This document shows positions 60,242 through 64,000 of a stretch of 64,000 nt of DNA, piece after piece. Position numbers and translations under genes: made by a program. Where the stretch lies: assembly GCA_964035545.1 (NCBI GenBank), contig OZ037771.1, positions 7,039,190-7,103,189 of the forward strand. The letters are read 5' to 3'. The stretch's first letter is position 1; the number at the start of each line of letters is the position of its first letter. This stretch comes from Bugula neritina (lineage: Eukaryota > Animalia > Bryozoa). A model generated the notes under the pieces. That model searched no databases. It had not been told where the DNA came from and was given only the letters and a program-made list of their open reading frames with translations.

Positions 60242-62430
60242 ATTGATTGATTGATTGATTTATTACATATCACAAACATGACAACACGTTGCAAAATTCA
60301 GTGTAAATACTGGCTATAATAAGTAGGAATGAACAAAATAAGAGAAAAAATCAAAACTCTGTTGGATTATTTAAAATAAAAGCTCGTTTAAAGTATTTAC
60401 AAGATGTCGCAAGAAGCTATCTCTGCCCCATGCCCTTCTATATTTGATGGTTCGATATCTTCCAGAAGGGCATTGACTCAGAAAGTTATTGATGAAATGG
60501 TCATTGTCTGTTATATATTTGATGGCAAGTTCTTTAGTGAGTTTCTGAATGTGCAAATCAATGTTTAGATACTTAATTCCGAGTTTTGAGCAATCTTTGA
60601 GAATTCTTCGAATAGCCTTTTTATCACTGGCATAGATACAAGTAAAAATAGTACGTAGACAATAGGCGATGCGGGACATGATGAAACTTTTGAATAACAT
60701 ATTTGCTAGAGGTTTAGAGCTAAGATACGCAAAATTCTTCACAATATACATTCTTCTTGATGCTGTTGTTACTACTGATTGTACATGTTCATGAAATCTC
60801 AAATTCTGATCCACTAACACACCAAGATATCTCACTTTTTCAGACAATACAATGTTTGTTTCATTCAATACAAGAGTAGGGGTATGAGGTTTAGCACGTT
60901 GGGTTGAGAACATCATTTCTTGGGTCTTGCTAGGGTTTAATAATAGATTTAAATCATCACATTGCTTAGAAATTCTTTTAATCTCGTCAAAGTAAATATT
61001 TAGACCAGACTGTTTGCCAATGCAGCCAATAATGCAAGTGTCATCTGCATATTTAATTACGGTGATGTTGCTCTGGCTTGAGGTAATCCTATTAGTGTAA
61101 ATAGAAAACAATAGTGGAGATAAACAGCACCCTTGGGGAGTTCCTGTGTTAGTTATGATTGGTTTTGATGTTATGCCATCCACTACTGTGCGCTGTACTC
61201 TGTTTGTAAGAAAGCTGTAAATCCACTCAGTAACATTGGAGTCAAGATGAGTTAGTTGCGTAATGAGGTCTGGAATAGATATAGTATTGAATGCAGAAGA
61301 GAAGTCTAGAAAGAGACACCTTGCGTAATTGGATGCTTTCTTATCAATGAAACTTGTCACAGTTGTAGTTAGACATAACAGCGCATCTTGTGTAGAGCGA
61401 TTTGGACGATATGCGAACTGATATTTGTCCATAGGTGTATGAGTTATAATGTAGTGTTTGATGAGCCTTTCCAGCATTTTGCATATACAGCTTGTGAGAG
61501 CAATTGGACGATATTGTTTAAGTAGTTCAGGATTTTTGACTTTAGGAAGTGGCTTGATCATTGCAGATTTCCATGAATTTGGAGTTGTCTTAGATTGGAT
61601 GGAGAAAGTAAACAGTTTTGTAAAGACAGGTGCTAGTTGATAGCAGCAGATTTTTAAAACTTTTGGAATGAGACCATCAGGACCTGCACCTTTTCGTGAG
61701 TTTAGTCCCTTTAGCTGTTTGAGAACAGCGTCTTCTGATATTTCCAATGGAGGTGCACTGATAACGTTTCTAACAAAAACAGGCTGATGAGATATAGGCT
61801 TTTCATATCGGGTGAAGAAGGTATTTAGGTCATCAGGTGTAAATGGGTTAGCTTTAGCAGTAGTTGTCTTGCTGTGTGGTAGACCACTTATTTTTTTTAT
61901 ATTAGTCCATGCTTTGGCTGGTTGATTTACTAATTGTAGTTGAATTTTCTTGGAGTAATTAACTTTGCTGTTGGTTATAGATCTGGTGATGTCACGTTTG
62001 AGCTTATTATATAGTTTACGGTTTCCATCTTTGTGGGCTACTTGTTTTTGATAGATCATTTCTGTAATATGTTTAGTAATCCAAGGTTTCTGATTGGTAC
62101 ATGTTCTGAAGCTTTTCGTGGGTATGCAAATATCTGTGCAGAAGTTTATATAGTCTGTTACAATTTCAGTTTGTTGATGGATGTTATCATCATCAGAGAG
62201 CAGATTATTCCAGATAGTAATGTCAAATGCTGCTTTCAGCTTTTCACAGTTCTCTTCAGAATATATACGTCTGGTGACTCGAGTTGGTTTGTATTTAGAT
62301 AATGGTGTGTAGGTTGGTATGAGATGTGTTATAAAGTGATCTGACCCACCAAGCTTTGCATGTTGATGGCATTGTTTGAAGGCATCTTTGATTCTGATAT
62401 AGCATTTATCATAATGCATATCATGCACAC
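60242..62430 (-). mobile_element. 5'-truncated non-LTR retrotransposon (CR1 group, Rex1/Babar-like) with an uninterrupted ORF2
   Basis: 685-aa ORF 62428-60371 has the tail of an APE endonuclease (DKCY..LGGSDH) and RT motifs YRPIALTS, QFAYR, DFSSAFNTI, GTPQGCCLSP and YADD. The 3' end is AATAAA plus (TCAA)n at 60242-60265. Confidence 0.93.
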
Positions 62431-62473
62431 CTAACCTAAAAACATTTAAAGATGAGTTTTTTAACTAATAAAG

Positions 62474-63601
62474 CGCTGCATTTCCATGCAAGCGAATAAA
62501 TCGGTACAGATGTCCGTACGAATTACAGCGAAAGAAAACCACCTGTTCCTATGCAATTCGTACAAAGTTATTTTTTCTTTGAAATTGTGATGACTAAACG
62601 AAAATGATAATTAATATAGCCAACATTGAGGCAGTGTTCATGTGTAGTGGAAATGTATTATATATTGCATTAGAGTTGTCTTTTCATGCATCGAATCTTA
62701 TTTTTATTTTTATTTTTAAGGCACAAGTGTCGATTGTCGGGCTCCGGCATCGGACCAAAGTATCGGTGTCGGACTCCGACAATTGGACAGAATGAGAACA
62801 AAGAATTTTTCCTTGTATAAAGGAGGCGAGCTCGCATTGTAGAATCAGTCTACTACTGAAGCTCGCCGGATCAAGACTACCTTTATCAGCTATTTATTCT
62901 ACAATAAATATTAGTCTACTCGAAATCACTACCACACCTTGTTCTTCCTAAACTGGAGTTATGCTCCCCACTTGAACTGCATTCTACACACAAAACCACT
63001 ACACATGCACAATGGCATTTTTTAATTACCGCTTCTGTCCCCATTTTTTTATAGATTCAATTAATTAAATGCACAAACTTTGAGATAGTTTATTTTAAAT
63101 TAAAAAAGCATAAGTAAACTAATGAAAGCATAAAGTGTTTTGTGATCAATAAACTAAAGCTTAAGAGTTATTTAAATTTTCAAAATGAAAATAACTGCTA
63201 ACTTGTTTTTAGGTTAGGGATGCTTTAGTATACAAAAAAGTTTTATAAATTTAAGATGATTGGTAATTGTTTTAAATAATAGCATCTAAAATCAATAAAA
63301 TAACTTAAATTGTTATAAGCCTAAATATACTTTAACTTGTAACTTGCAACTTCGTAATTATTGTCTACATCACGTAACTATGTAACTAGCCGCCACAAAT
63401 GCTGATCTCTGCCTCCGACACAAAAGGTTTCATTTGATTTAACCGAAGGAACCATTTCCATCATCTGCATAATGCAAAGGAAATTTTTCATTGAAAGTCA
63501 TTCGATTGAATTTCTGGCTGCAGTTTTGCTTCGATGCAACTAGTTCAATATGGAGCGAATGAAAAAATCCATTCGCATAATTCAATAATGGAAACACAGT
63601 G
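62474..63601. mobile_element. MITE copy 2 (same family as 10715-11450), interrupted by a solo LTR
   Basis: TIRs CGCTGCATTTCCAT / ATGGAAACACAGTG, 3-bp TSD AAG. Colinear with copy 1 apart from the insert. Confidence 0.88.
62643..63003 (+). mobile_element. Gypsy-type solo LTR, 361 bp
   Basis: Inverted termini TGTAGTGG..CCACTACA, 4-bp TSD CATG, internal TATAAA and AATAAA. It is absent from MITE copy 1 at the equivalent position. Confidence 0.9.
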
Positions 63602-64000
63602 AAGATCAAAATTTTAACTAATATGTCATTTTAGTTTTTTTTTGTCCCTAGTTATTAGTAATCATCTACAGTTGATAAGTAATAGTCTAATCAGTTAAAG
63701 ACTATTTTAGTTCATTGTTGATAGTCAATGTTTACCTTGTAATTGGTAATTGCGTGTTTTTTGTGTGTTGATCTAACCAAAAGATTTTTAATCAATAATT
63801 ATATTGGTATCTTTATTGCCTATATATTGCCCTTTATTGCACATATAGAAAATATATTGCATGAATATGATTTCAGAAGGGAGCTATTTACAACTGTTTA
63901 CAAAAGATCTCACTTACTTTTGGTTAGCCTTATCAATTTCCTTAGGTCGGTTGCATAGACATAGCTTTCATTTCCTGGAACTAATGTAACTGCGCTGGGT

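Overview
AT-rich, intron-containing animal (invertebrate-type) genomic DNA; the species cannot be fixed from this window. I assembled eight spliced protein-coding genes by hand using GT-AG boundaries and phase consistency. From left to right: an otopetrin-like proton channel (- strand, runs off the left edge, with a decayed Gypsy LTR retrotransposon in one intron), TMEM185 (-), RWDD2 (+), a ~963-aa IAP (three BIRs, UBA, RING; +), two paralogous type-I membrane proteins (+), an uncharacterised coiled-coil protein (-) and a secreted mucin/PAN-apple protein (-). Repeats include a 5'-truncated but open-frame Rex1/Babar-like LINE, a solo LTR nested in a MITE, several MITEs, tRNA-derived SINEs, a decayed hAT element and micro/minisatellites. 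The most notable signal is the 32-55 kb block. The IAP is followed by two receptor paralogues with an identically spaced 8-cysteine ectodomain and cytoplasmic PxQx(S/T) TRAF-type motifs; in the second paralogue the motif exon has been duplicated by a recent 307-bp tandem duplication. All three co-oriented genes have perfect NF-kB consensus sites near their inferred 5' ends. My inference is a physically clustered, NF-kB-inducible TNFR-like receptor/TRAF/IAP signalling module. All family assignments come from remembered motifs, not database searches.
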